Positions 19,628 to 28,293 of a DNA stretch of 64,000 nt are shown here, piece by piece. The notes under the pieces are model-generated. The model had not been told where the DNA came from, searched no databases, and worked only from the letters and a program-made list of their open reading frames with translations. Made by a program: the position numbers and the translations under genes. Origin of the DNA: Thermomicrobium sp. Its GTDB lineage: Bacteria > Chloroflexota > Chloroflexia > Thermomicrobiales > Thermomicrobiaceae. Numbering within the stretch: the stretch's first letter is position 1; each line of letters opens with the position of its first letter. The DNA lies in assembly GCA_033582455.1 (NCBI GenBank), contig JAVQRO010000007.1:12628-76627 (forward strand), in the 5' to 3' direction.

Positions 19628-20863
19628 GTGCTCGGGCACGAGATCATCGGGGTCATCGAACTGACCAAGCGCATCAAGGACCTGCTCGAAGAGCAGCCCG
19701 AGCTCCAGTTCCTCCGGGTGCGTGGTGAAATCACGAACGCGCGGACGTACGCGAGCGGTCACTGGTACTTCAGTCTCCGCGAAGGAGAAGCATCGCTTCG
19801 CTGTGTCCTCTTCCGCGGCACCGCGCAATGGCTTCCCTATCTTCCACGCGACGGCGACGACGTCGTCGCGACCGGATCGATCAGCGTCTACGAACGTGAC
19901 GGTGTCTACCAACTCTACGTGGAACACCTGGAGCCGCTCGGTGACGGTGCCCTGCGGTTGCAGTTCGAGCGCTTGAAGGAAAAACTCGAGCGCGAGGGAC
20001 TGTTCGATCCGCGCCGCAAGCGTACGCCTCCTCCGCTGCCCCGCTGCATCGCGGTCATCACGTCACCGCACGGTGCGGTGTGGCACGACATCCAGACCGT
20101 TCTCCGCCGTCGGTACCCGTACGCCCATCTCCTCCTCGCGCCGGCGCGGGTCCAAGGCGATGGGGCAGTCGAGTCACTGATCGCTGCCCTCCACACCGTG
20201 CAAGCCGACGGCCGAGCGAACGTGGTCATCCTGGCTCGTGGCGGTGGATCGCTGGAGGACCTTTGGTGCTTCAACGACGAGCGGCTCGCACGCGCCGTCT
20301 TCGGCTGCCACATCCCGGTCGTTTCCGCGATCGGTCATCAGACCGACTGGACGATCTGTGACTACGTCGCCGACGTCCGCGCCCCGACCCCGTCAGCCGC
20401 CGCCGAGATCGTCACGCCGCACGACCGACTGACGCTGCTCGGGTGGCTCCAGGGCTATGCCGCCCGACTCGATGAACTCGTAGTTCGGCACCTGCGCTCC
20501 TCGCGCGAGCGGGTCGAGCAGTTGCAGCAGCGGATCCAACGAGCCGCTCCGCACCATCGTATGGACAACGTGCGGCAGCGGCTCGACCGCTCAGCGTCTC
20601 GACTCGACCAGGCGATGCTCCGTCAGCTCGCTCACGCTCGGGAGCGCGTGCACACCCTCGCGCGCGAACTCGCCTTGTTGAACCCCCGTAGTCCGCTCGC
20701 GCGCGGCTACGTGCTCGCCGAAGATATCACCAGCGGGGAACTCGTCCGATCGGTCGACCACCTGCGGATCGGGCAACGGCTCCGACTCCATTTCAGCGAC
20801 GGAAGCGCAGACACGACGGTCCACGCTGTCCAGCGAGAGAGAACGGGAGGGGGCCATGGTTGA
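19628..20863 (+). CDS. xseA: Exodeoxyribonuclease VII large subunit
   Basis: RVRGEITN, SGHWYFSL, ARGGGSLEDLWCFNDE, SAIGHQTD, RAPTPSAAAE. Confidence 0.95.
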   Translation: MLGHEIIGVIELTKRIKDLLEEQPELQFLRVRGEITNARTYASGHWYFSLREGEASLRCVLFRGTAQWLPYLPRDGDDVVATGSISVYERDGVYQLYVEHLEPLGDGALRLQFERLKEKLEREGLFDPRRKRTPPPLPRCIAVITSPHGAVWHDIQTVLRRRYPYAHLLLAPARVQGDGAVESLIAALHTVQADGRANVVILARGGGSLEDLWCFNDERLARAVFGCHIPVVSAIGHQTDWTICDYVADVRAPTPSAAAEIVTPHDRLTLLGWLQGYAARLDELVVRHLRSSRERVEQLQQRIQRAAPHHRMDNVRQRLDRSASRLDQAMLRQLAHARERVHTLARELALLNPRSPLARGYVLAEDITSGELVRSVDHLRIGQRLRLHFSDGSADTTVHAVQRERTGGGHG

Positions 20864-21149
20864 GCAGGTCGACGGCACGCAGGTTCCGCCACATCCGATC
20901 GATCTGTTCGAGCAGCTGGTGAGCGAAGTCGAGGCGATAGTCCAGAAGCTGGAAACCGGCGAGCTTCCGCTCGCTGAGGCCATACGGGAGTACCAACGCG
21001 GCATCGAACTCATCCGTCGGTGCAATCAAGTCCTCGACCAAGCCGAACTCCAGATCTCCCAACTCCGAGTCGGGTCCTCGGGTTACGACAAGGCGAGCGA
21101 TCTGTTGAGCTTCCTGAACGGGGAGGACGAGAACCTTCCGTTTTCGTGA
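20856..21149 (+). CDS. xseB: Exodeoxyribonuclease VII small subunit
   Basis: FEQLVSEVEAIVQKLETGELPLAEAIREYQRGIEL; follows xseA. Confidence 0.92.
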   Translation: MVEQVDGTQVPPHPIDLFEQLVSEVEAIVQKLETGELPLAEAIREYQRGIELIRRCNQVLDQAELQISQLRVGSSGYDKASDLLSFLNGEDENLPFS

Positions 21150-21830
21150 TCTCCCGGCGATACCCGTCCTCCGACATCTCGCCCGAGACGACGTGACGGT
21201 GCAGTTGTGCCTGTGCCCGCCGGGGCACCACTCGCTCGTCCAGCGACCCGCTCGGCCGCATCGCAGTCCACGATCGGTCCTCACTGGAGACGCCTCGGTC
21301 TCCACACTGGACAGGCGCACGCGTCCGTTTCCGAACAGGGGCTGGGGCGTCTCAGCCCAACCCATCCCTGTCTGTCCATTGCGGATCGCTCTCCGCTGCA
21401 CGGCGAGGTGGACAGCTCCGATCAGCGCGTCAGGGACAGGACGCATCGCAGCGCGAGCTGTTCCCCCGTTTCCGCTGTCAGCGGCCCCGTCCTGGCTCGT
21501 CGAGCACGCTGCCAGGGTCAGACATCCCCGCAGCTCGCTCATCCTCCAGTCTCGTCACCACGAATCGGCACGGCACGCTCGCATGCGACAGCAGGTGGCT
21601 GGAACGCTCGAACCCGTCGCCGCGTCGGTCTCCTCCGCATGCAACACCCGCGTCTCAGCATGCGGTGACTTCCGAATCAGGCTCTTCCTCCTGACCCAAC
21701 GGGGCTAGCACGCACTCACCCCCGATGACCTACCGCTCGCCGGGACATCCATCGCCTCCGCCTCTCCCGTCCCGCGCACGACCTCCTCTCGTAGAGGCCG
21801 CACTCGGCCACGACATCGAGGGAGGATCGG

Positions 21831-23744
21831 ATGCTCACGCGTACCTGGCTTCGCATCGTCACGAGCGTGTTCCTCGCCCTGCAACTCTTCGCGGCGGCAG
21901 TCGCGGTGGCCAGCGCCGACGGACCGCCGGCCCGGTACATCGTCGTCCTGCCTGGCAACGCGACGAACGCGAGCCACGCCGCGTCCTTCCGTCGCAGCGA
22001 GGTGCAGCAACTCGCGCAAGAGGTAGACGTCCAACCGGAACTGGTGTACGACACCGTGCTGAGCGGATTCGCCGGGCACCTGACTCCACGCCAGGTCGAG
22101 CGACTCTTGCGAACCGGGAGGGTCGCGGCGATCGTACCGGACGCCCGAACCCGTCTCGCCACGCAGAGCGTCCCGACGGGTGTTCAGCGCATCGGGACAC
22201 TGGCGAACACGACCGCCAAGGTCGACGGCGTCGACGATCCGCTGCCGGTCCACGTGGCCGTGCTGGACACCGGGATCGACGCGAGTCACCCGGATCTCAA
22301 CGTCGTCGGTGGCTATGACTGCACGGGGAGCGGCAGCTGGACCGACCGCCACGGGCACGGGACCCATGTCGCTGGCATCATCGGCGCCCGCGACAACGGC
22401 TTCGGCGTCGTCGGCGTCGCCCCTGGAGCACGCCTGTGGGCCGTCAAAGTGTTCAGCGACAGCGGGTCGGGCTACGTCTCCTGGTTGATCTGCGGCCTGA
22501 ACTGGGTCGCGAGCAATGCGAATACCATCCGCGTCGCCAACTTCAGCGGCGGTGCGAGCGGCAGCGATACGCCCAACTGCGGCGGGACGAGCGACCCCTT
22601 GCACCAAGCAGTCTGCCGAGTCGTGCAGGCAGGCGTGACGCTGGTCGTCGCCGCCGGCAACGACGGGCGTGACGCGGGTGGGACGATCCCGGCCGCCTAT
22701 CCGGAACCGATCACCGTCGGCGCCATCGTCGACACGGACGGGCGACCGGGCGGGCTCGGTCCGAATACCACTGTCGGGGCCGACGATACCCGTGCATCGT
22801 TCTCGAACTACGGACCAGCGGTCGATCTCTACGCTCCCGGTGTCTCCATCCTTTCGACCGTGCCCGGCGGTGGCTATCAGCGCTGGAGCGGGACCAGCAT
22901 GGCCACGCCCCACGTCGCCGGTGCCGCTGCGCTCTATCTGGCCCAGAATCCGAGCGCCTCGCCGAGCCAAGTTCGGTCCTTCCTGAACTCGATCGGCGAA
23001 GCAGGAGCATGGGACAACGCGGGCCAACGCCTCGTTCGAGTCGACTGGAGCGGGAGCGGCTCCGACGGCAGTGGGTCGACTCCGAGTGTCCGCGACGTCG
23101 CGGTCACGAGCGTGAACGCACCCAGCTCGGTCGCTGTCGGGAATACCGTGACCATCCAAGTGAACGTACGGAACGAAGGCACGACGAACGAGAGCGTGAC
23201 CGTCTCGCTCTCCGTGAACGGCAACCCGGTCGGATCACCGCGGAACGTCTCGCTCGCCGCCGGAGCGAGCACCTCGGTCAGCTTCAGCTGGCAACCCACT
23301 GCAGCTGGTGCGTATACCGTCCAAGCGGCGGCTACCCTCAGCGGTGACGACGCGGATCCCAGCGACAACCAGCGGACAACCAGCGTCACCGTCAGCGAGC
23401 AGCTCTGCGACGTAGCCATTACCGCACTGAGCGCGCCGGCGAGTGTGGTTCGCGGCCAGAACGCGCGCGTATCCGTGACCCTGGCGAATCGAGGGACGAG
23501 TAGCGTCACCGTGACCGTCACGCTCAGCACCGAGCCCCGGAATCCGGCGATGGGAACAGTTAGCGCCAAGATCACGCTCGGCGCTGGTCAGACCGGGACG
23601 GTCGCGTTCACTTGGCGCACTAACGGGCAAACAGCACTCCGCAGCTACACGTTGACCGCCTCCGCTCCGCTCAGCGGCGACGCGAATCCGGCGGACAACA
23701 CGCGGACGACGACGATCGCCGTCACGTCGACGCTCGGTCGCTGA
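21831..23744 (+). CDS. Secreted subtilisin-like S8 protease with I9 propeptide and two C-terminal CARDB/Ig-like domains
   Basis: Signal peptide; triad motifs VLDTG, HGHGTHVAG, GTSMATPHVAG; two DVAV/IT...V.N.G...DN..T repeats. Confidence 0.93.
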   Translation: MLTRTWLRIVTSVFLALQLFAAAVAVASADGPPARYIVVLPGNATNASHAASFRRSEVQQLAQEVDVQPELVYDTVLSGFAGHLTPRQVERLLRTGRVAAIVPDARTRLATQSVPTGVQRIGTLANTTAKVDGVDDPLPVHVAVLDTGIDASHPDLNVVGGYDCTGSGSWTDRHGHGTHVAGIIGARDNGFGVVGVAPGARLWAVKVFSDSGSGYVSWLICGLNWVASNANTIRVANFSGGASGSDTPNCGGTSDPLHQAVCRVVQAGVTLVVAAGNDGRDAGGTIPAAYPEPITVGAIVDTDGRPGGLGPNTTVGADDTRASFSNYGPAVDLYAPGVSILSTVPGGGYQRWSGTSMATPHVAGAAALYLAQNPSASPSQVRSFLNSIGEAGAWDNAGQRLVRVDWSGSGSDGSGSTPSVRDVAVTSVNAPSSVAVGNTVTIQVNVRNEGTTNESVTVSLSVNGNPVGSPRNVSLAAGASTSVSFSWQPTAAGAYTVQAAATLSGDDADPSDNQRTTSVTVSEQLCDVAITALSAPASVVRGQNARVSVTLANRGTSSVTVTVTLSTEPRNPAMGTVSAKITLGAGQTGTVAFTWRTNGQTALRSYTLTASAPLSGDANPADNTRTTTIAVTSTLGR

Positions 23745-23761
23745 GCGGACCGCACGACCTC

Positions 23762-23796
23762 GCGGTGTTGCAGCGGTCGCCCCGCTGCAACACCGC
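23762..23796 (+). terminator. Perfect 15-bp hairpin after the S8 protease gene
   Basis: GCGGTGTTGCAGCGG / TCGCC / CCGCTGCAACACCGC; no U-tract. Confidence 0.6.
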
Positions 23797-24178
23797 ATCC
23801 CCTCTCGAGCGTCCGACGACGAGTGTCGATGATCGGGTACACAGGCCCTTCCTCGCCCCCAACGCGGAAAACGGCACGGCCTCTCCGGGAGGAACTGACA
23901 GGGTCACGCGTACGCGTGCGAAGCGAACCGTTTCCGTCGATCACCGCCACGGCATGCAGCACTCGCCGTCGATGCGAGAGACTGGTCTGCGCCGTATCCA
24001 GCGGATCTCTGGATCCGGAGGGACACCGACCGAACCCGACCTCGCGCGTCACCCGCTCACGGTACAAAGCCGGCCCCCTTGCTGCCCAACTCCACTCGCT
24101 CGGGTGCCTCTTGTCGGGCACGCCGGGTTCCAGTAGTCTCACCGCGTTGGCGACACGACCCACACCACGGAGCCTTCC

Positions 24179-26059
24179 GTGACCGGGCTCCCCGGGCGGA
24201 CCGTAGCCAGATCCAGTCGCTCGACTCCGGCGGTCGCAGGACCGGACGTCACCCTCTGGGCGGTCGTCGCCGTCGCCCTGACGACGGTCTTGTGGGTTCA
24301 AGCGACACGCGTTTTCGTCTCCGATCTGGTTTTCGTCGTCGACCAAAGTCGACGCACCGTGCTCCTGCTCGTCGTCGCGACAGCGTACGCCAGTCCCCTT
24401 CTCGCTCCGTTCATCGGAACCATGACCGGCGGACGACTCCTGGGGGTCGCGACCGGCCTGCTCGTCGCCAGCCGTCTCGGCCTGCAAGTCATCGAGTGGC
24501 CGGTCGGACGGGTCGTACTCGGAGCGATCGGGCTGGCAGCTGGTGGATGGGCGCTGGTCCCGCTGCTCCGCTGGCGCGCTCGTGCCGGTCTCGGATGCCT
24601 GGTCGGTCTGGCAACCGATCTCGCGCTCCGCACGGCCCGCCAGACGTTGGATCTCCCGTGGCTACCGGGTCTCGAGAGTCACCTCGCCACGGTGCTGCTG
24701 ACGGCTGTCCTCGTTCTCGCAGTGGTAGCGGTTGCGGCGGACCGAGGACCGGTCGAGCCCCGCGGGGCGATCGGTTTCCTCGCGCTCGGACCGACCATCG
24801 GTCTCTCCCATCTCGTGACCGGAAACATCGGGTTCGCGATCGTCCACACCGGTTGGGACTTGCCGCTCGCGAGCGGACTCCTCGGGCTCGGGTTCCTCCT
24901 CGGCCTCCTCGCTGCCCCGTCCGTCACTCGGCACTGGGTCGGCTGGACCGTGACCGTCGTGGCTGGTGCGGCCGGGCTGTGGCTGGCATGGGACACGGGC
25001 TTGCAGGCGATCATCGGTCTGACGCTGGCGACGACCGCCTGGGCGATCCTCACGTTGACGGTCGCCATCGGCGGGCGCGTCCTCCGGAGACCCGCCGGCC
25101 CTGGACGAGCCGCTCTCGCCCTGGCGCTCGGTCAGCTGCTCCAGGTGGGGCTGCTCTTCCGCTACTACACCGAGACCGGCGACCGGTGGATCCCGTTCGT
25201 CCTGTGGGGCGCTCTGGCGCTCATCGCGGCGCTGGACTGGCCGAGCGGCTGGCCACCAGGCACCGTCGCCCTGCTCCCACACGTCACCCTCGGCATCCTC
25301 CTGCCACTCGCCGGTGCGATCGTCTGGTGCCTGCTCGAGAGGCCCGAGCCTCCTCTGGCATCCATGACGGGAACGCACCTCTCCGTCATGACGTACAACA
25401 TCCAGTCCGGTTATGACCGTTCCCGACGGTGGAACTTGGAAGCGACCGCTCGCGTCATCGAGGATGCGCAGCCCGACGTCGTCCTGCTCCAGGAAGTGAG
25501 TCGCGGCTGGCTGGTCACGTCGAGTGCCGACCAGCTCACCTGGCTGGCCCAACGACTCGGGATGCACGCGAGCTGGGGACCAGCCAGCACGGACGGATTG
25601 TGGGGTAACGCCGTGCTCACGCGTGAACAACCGCTCGAGATCCGCACGCTCCGTTTCAGCGAAACACAGAACCTGCGACGCAGTGCGATCGCGGTTCGCC
25701 TCGCCACACCGAACGGGAGCGTCTGGATCGTGAGTACGCATCTGGACGACCCCAAACCAGCGACCGCCGCGCGCCTCGCACAGATCGAGGAACTGCTCGC
25801 CTTTGTGGACACAGCGCGTCCGCTCGTCCTCGGGGGAGACATCAACGCCGATCCCGACAGCATCGAATTGGCACGCCTTCAAACGGCGGGCTTGCGCGAC
25901 GCTGCTGAGGCCGTCGGGGCCATTCAGCCCACCTCAGCCGATTCGCGCCGGATCGACTATATCCTGGTCTCGGACGGTCTCGAGCCTTCCAACGGGAGCG
26001 TGCTCGACGTGACGACGTCGGATCACCGCCCTCTGCTCGTCCGCCTCGCCGTCCGCTGA
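24179..26059 (+). CDS. Polytopic membrane protein with C-terminal endonuclease/exonuclease/phosphatase (EEP) domain
   Basis: Many hydrophobic segments followed by MTYNI, LLQEV, GNAVL, STHL, GGDINA, IDYI, SDH EEP motifs. Confidence 0.85.
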   Translation: MTGLPGRTVARSSRSTPAVAGPDVTLWAVVAVALTTVLWVQATRVFVSDLVFVVDQSRRTVLLLVVATAYASPLLAPFIGTMTGGRLLGVATGLLVASRLGLQVIEWPVGRVVLGAIGLAAGGWALVPLLRWRARAGLGCLVGLATDLALRTARQTLDLPWLPGLESHLATVLLTAVLVLAVVAVAADRGPVEPRGAIGFLALGPTIGLSHLVTGNIGFAIVHTGWDLPLASGLLGLGFLLGLLAAPSVTRHWVGWTVTVVAGAAGLWLAWDTGLQAIIGLTLATTAWAILTLTVAIGGRVLRRPAGPGRAALALALGQLLQVGLLFRYYTETGDRWIPFVLWGALALIAALDWPSGWPPGTVALLPHVTLGILLPLAGAIVWCLLERPEPPLASMTGTHLSVMTYNIQSGYDRSRRWNLEATARVIEDAQPDVVLLQEVSRGWLVTSSADQLTWLAQRLGMHASWGPASTDGLWGNAVLTREQPLEIRTLRFSETQNLRRSAIAVRLATPNGSVWIVSTHLDDPKPATAARLAQIEELLAFVDTARPLVLGGDINADPDSIELARLQTAGLRDAAEAVGAIQPTSADSRRIDYILVSDGLEPSNGSVLDVTTSDHRPLLVRLAVR

Positions 26060-26511
26060 AGCCGACACCGTCACGCTCGTGCCGGCTGCCTGTCGGTTCT
26101 CGGACCGGCAGCAGCGACACGGCCTGCCCCATACGGCTGTCCGTAGACCTCGCCGCTGGCTCGGCAACGCTGGGTTCGACCACAGTCCCTCGACGATCCT
26201 GCAGAGGAATGCAGGCGCATCGGTCATTCCTGGACAGCGACGAGCCGAACGGCGAGCAACCAGCGCGAGAAGGATATCCCGCGATTGCAGCGCGGCGAGT
26301 CCAGCACGCCGTGCGGACGCTCTGCATGCGGCAGACGATCCGCCGGCAGATCTCCGCTTTCACACGAGCAGCGTCCGCTGGAACGACTCCGTCAACGTCC
26401 TCCACACGCGAGACGGGGTACACGCTGCTCGCTGCCGTACGACTGCCGAGGAGTCATCGAGTACTATCGAGCAGCCACCCGACGGTCGGGAACCACAGAC
26501 GGATCGACGGC

Positions 26512-28161
26512 ATGGGAAGCGCGAACAGTTCGAGAGGGACATGGCGTAGTGCCGTCTTCCGAACAGTCTACCGACTTTGGCCTCCCTCGCTGCTCATCAC
26601 TCTGACCGTCGCTCTCTACGGCCCCTCGGTCGGGTTCAGTTTTCTCCTCGACGATAGCTATGACCTCACCGCAGCCAGGCGGACGAGCTACCGCGAACTC
26701 CTGGTCGAGCCGTTGCCCGGCTTCAGTTACTATCGTCCCTTGACCTTCGTCCTGTATAAGATCGTCCACGACCTGTGGGGTGGAACCGAGCCTCGGCACT
26801 ACCATGCGCTCTCCATCGCGCTCCACGCGTTGAATACGCTCTTGCTGGCCTGGCTGATCCAGCGGGTAACCGGACGAGCGGTGGCCCTGACAGCCGGCGT
26901 CCTCTTCGCGACCTTCCCTTTCGCCTACCAAGCGGTCCAGATCGTGTGCTCGCTCCCGCATCTCCTCGTGACATCCGCGGTGCTCGGTGCCCTCGTGCTC
27001 TGGGATCTGGCACCGCAACGCGGCTGGGTCGCCAGGCGACTCTCGCGATCCGCTGCGGTCATACTCGCGCTCGTCGCACCGGGGTTCCACGAGACGGGTA
27101 CCCTGAGCGGTCTACTCTTGCTGGTCTTCGCACGCTCGCGCCCGGGAGTCGACGGGTGGCTCGCGACGCGCGTGCAGCGCGCTGCGATCGGTGCCGTCCT
27201 CCTCGGGAACGCGGCCTACCTCGCAGCCTGGTTCTGGGGATTCGAGAAGCCAGGAATGCGTGCCGTCACCCTGTTCGATCGACAGCAGAACCTCGCATTC
27301 TGGGTGCAAGCCCTCGCCTACCCGGTCACTCGATCGCTCGTACTGTTCTTCGCACCGGACTGGTTGACGCAGCATGCCCGAAGCACCGTTCTCCTTACTG
27401 GAGCGACGACAGTCGCTCTCGCGCTCACCGTGCACGCACTCGGTAGGCAGCAGCGACTGGCTCTCGCGGCCTGTGGATTCGCGTTGCTCGCCTTTCTTCC
27501 TGCACTGCTGTTTCTCCCCTTCCGCGGATACGTCGAAGACGGTCCTCGCTTGCTCTATCCGGCAGCGCCTGCGATCGCCACCTTTTGGGGGCTGCTCCCG
27601 CGTGCCGGCTGGCGCTGGCGACGGGGACGATGGGGTGGCGTCACGTTGGGAACGCTCGTCGTCGCGACCACGCTCGTCCACAGCATCGGGTTCGTCGAGC
27701 GGCGCACCGAGCTCGCCCGCCTCGCCAGTCGAGCGCAGGAACAAGTCGTCGAGGCGGCGCGGAGCAACCCGGGATGGCCGCTCGTCGTCGTCGATGCCCC
27801 GGCCTGGCTCGCACTCCACCGCTACGAGTACCCGCTCGGCCACTTCGGCATGAACGCGCAGCCGGAGTATCTTGGCTTCGACGCGCTACTCGAAGCACGC
27901 TTGGGCTGGCGCCAACCGGTCGAATCGCTCGCTGTGACTCGATCATTCGACTACGGTCGATACACGGTGGGTCCCCACGGTCACCCGAGCACACAGGCCT
28001 CGCTCGCCTCCTACCGACTGAGCGGTTGGGTCCTCGTCCCTGTCGATCTCGCACGAGCGACAGCGGGCGGTACCGACCGAGTACCTGGCATGCCGCACGG
28101 GAGGCGCTCGGTCATCGGTAGCATGGGCGAGAATCGGTCGAGAACAGGACCGAATACCTAA
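26512..28161 (+). CDS. Multi-TM membrane protein, GT-C/PMT-like glycosyltransferase candidate
   Basis: First TM followed by FLLDDSY, YYRPL, SIALHALNT, LFATFP - pattern typical of GT-C fold proteins. Start uncertain (ORF open from 26209). Confidence 0.6.
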   Translation: MGSANSSRGTWRSAVFRTVYRLWPPSLLITLTVALYGPSVGFSFLLDDSYDLTAARRTSYRELLVEPLPGFSYYRPLTFVLYKIVHDLWGGTEPRHYHALSIALHALNTLLLAWLIQRVTGRAVALTAGVLFATFPFAYQAVQIVCSLPHLLVTSAVLGALVLWDLAPQRGWVARRLSRSAAVILALVAPGFHETGTLSGLLLLVFARSRPGVDGWLATRVQRAAIGAVLLGNAAYLAAWFWGFEKPGMRAVTLFDRQQNLAFWVQALAYPVTRSLVLFFAPDWLTQHARSTVLLTGATTVALALTVHALGRQQRLALAACGFALLAFLPALLFLPFRGYVEDGPRLLYPAAPAIATFWGLLPRAGWRWRRGRWGGVTLGTLVVATTLVHSIGFVERRTELARLASRAQEQVVEAARSNPGWPLVVVDAPAWLALHRYEYPLGHFGMNAQPEYLGFDALLEARLGWRQPVESLAVTRSFDYGRYTVGPHGHPSTQASLASYRLSGWVLVPVDLARATAGGTDRVPGMPHGRRSVIGSMGENRSRTGPNT

Positions 28162-28293
28162 TGATACGCGGTGATAAAAGAGCGATGTCATACGATGACT
28201 GCTGTCCAGCGAACGTTCCCTCTCGTCAGGAGAGGCGAAGGAGAGCGGGCATCGGAGGCCGAACCGCGTCGAAGCAGGGGATGGTGGGGGAAA

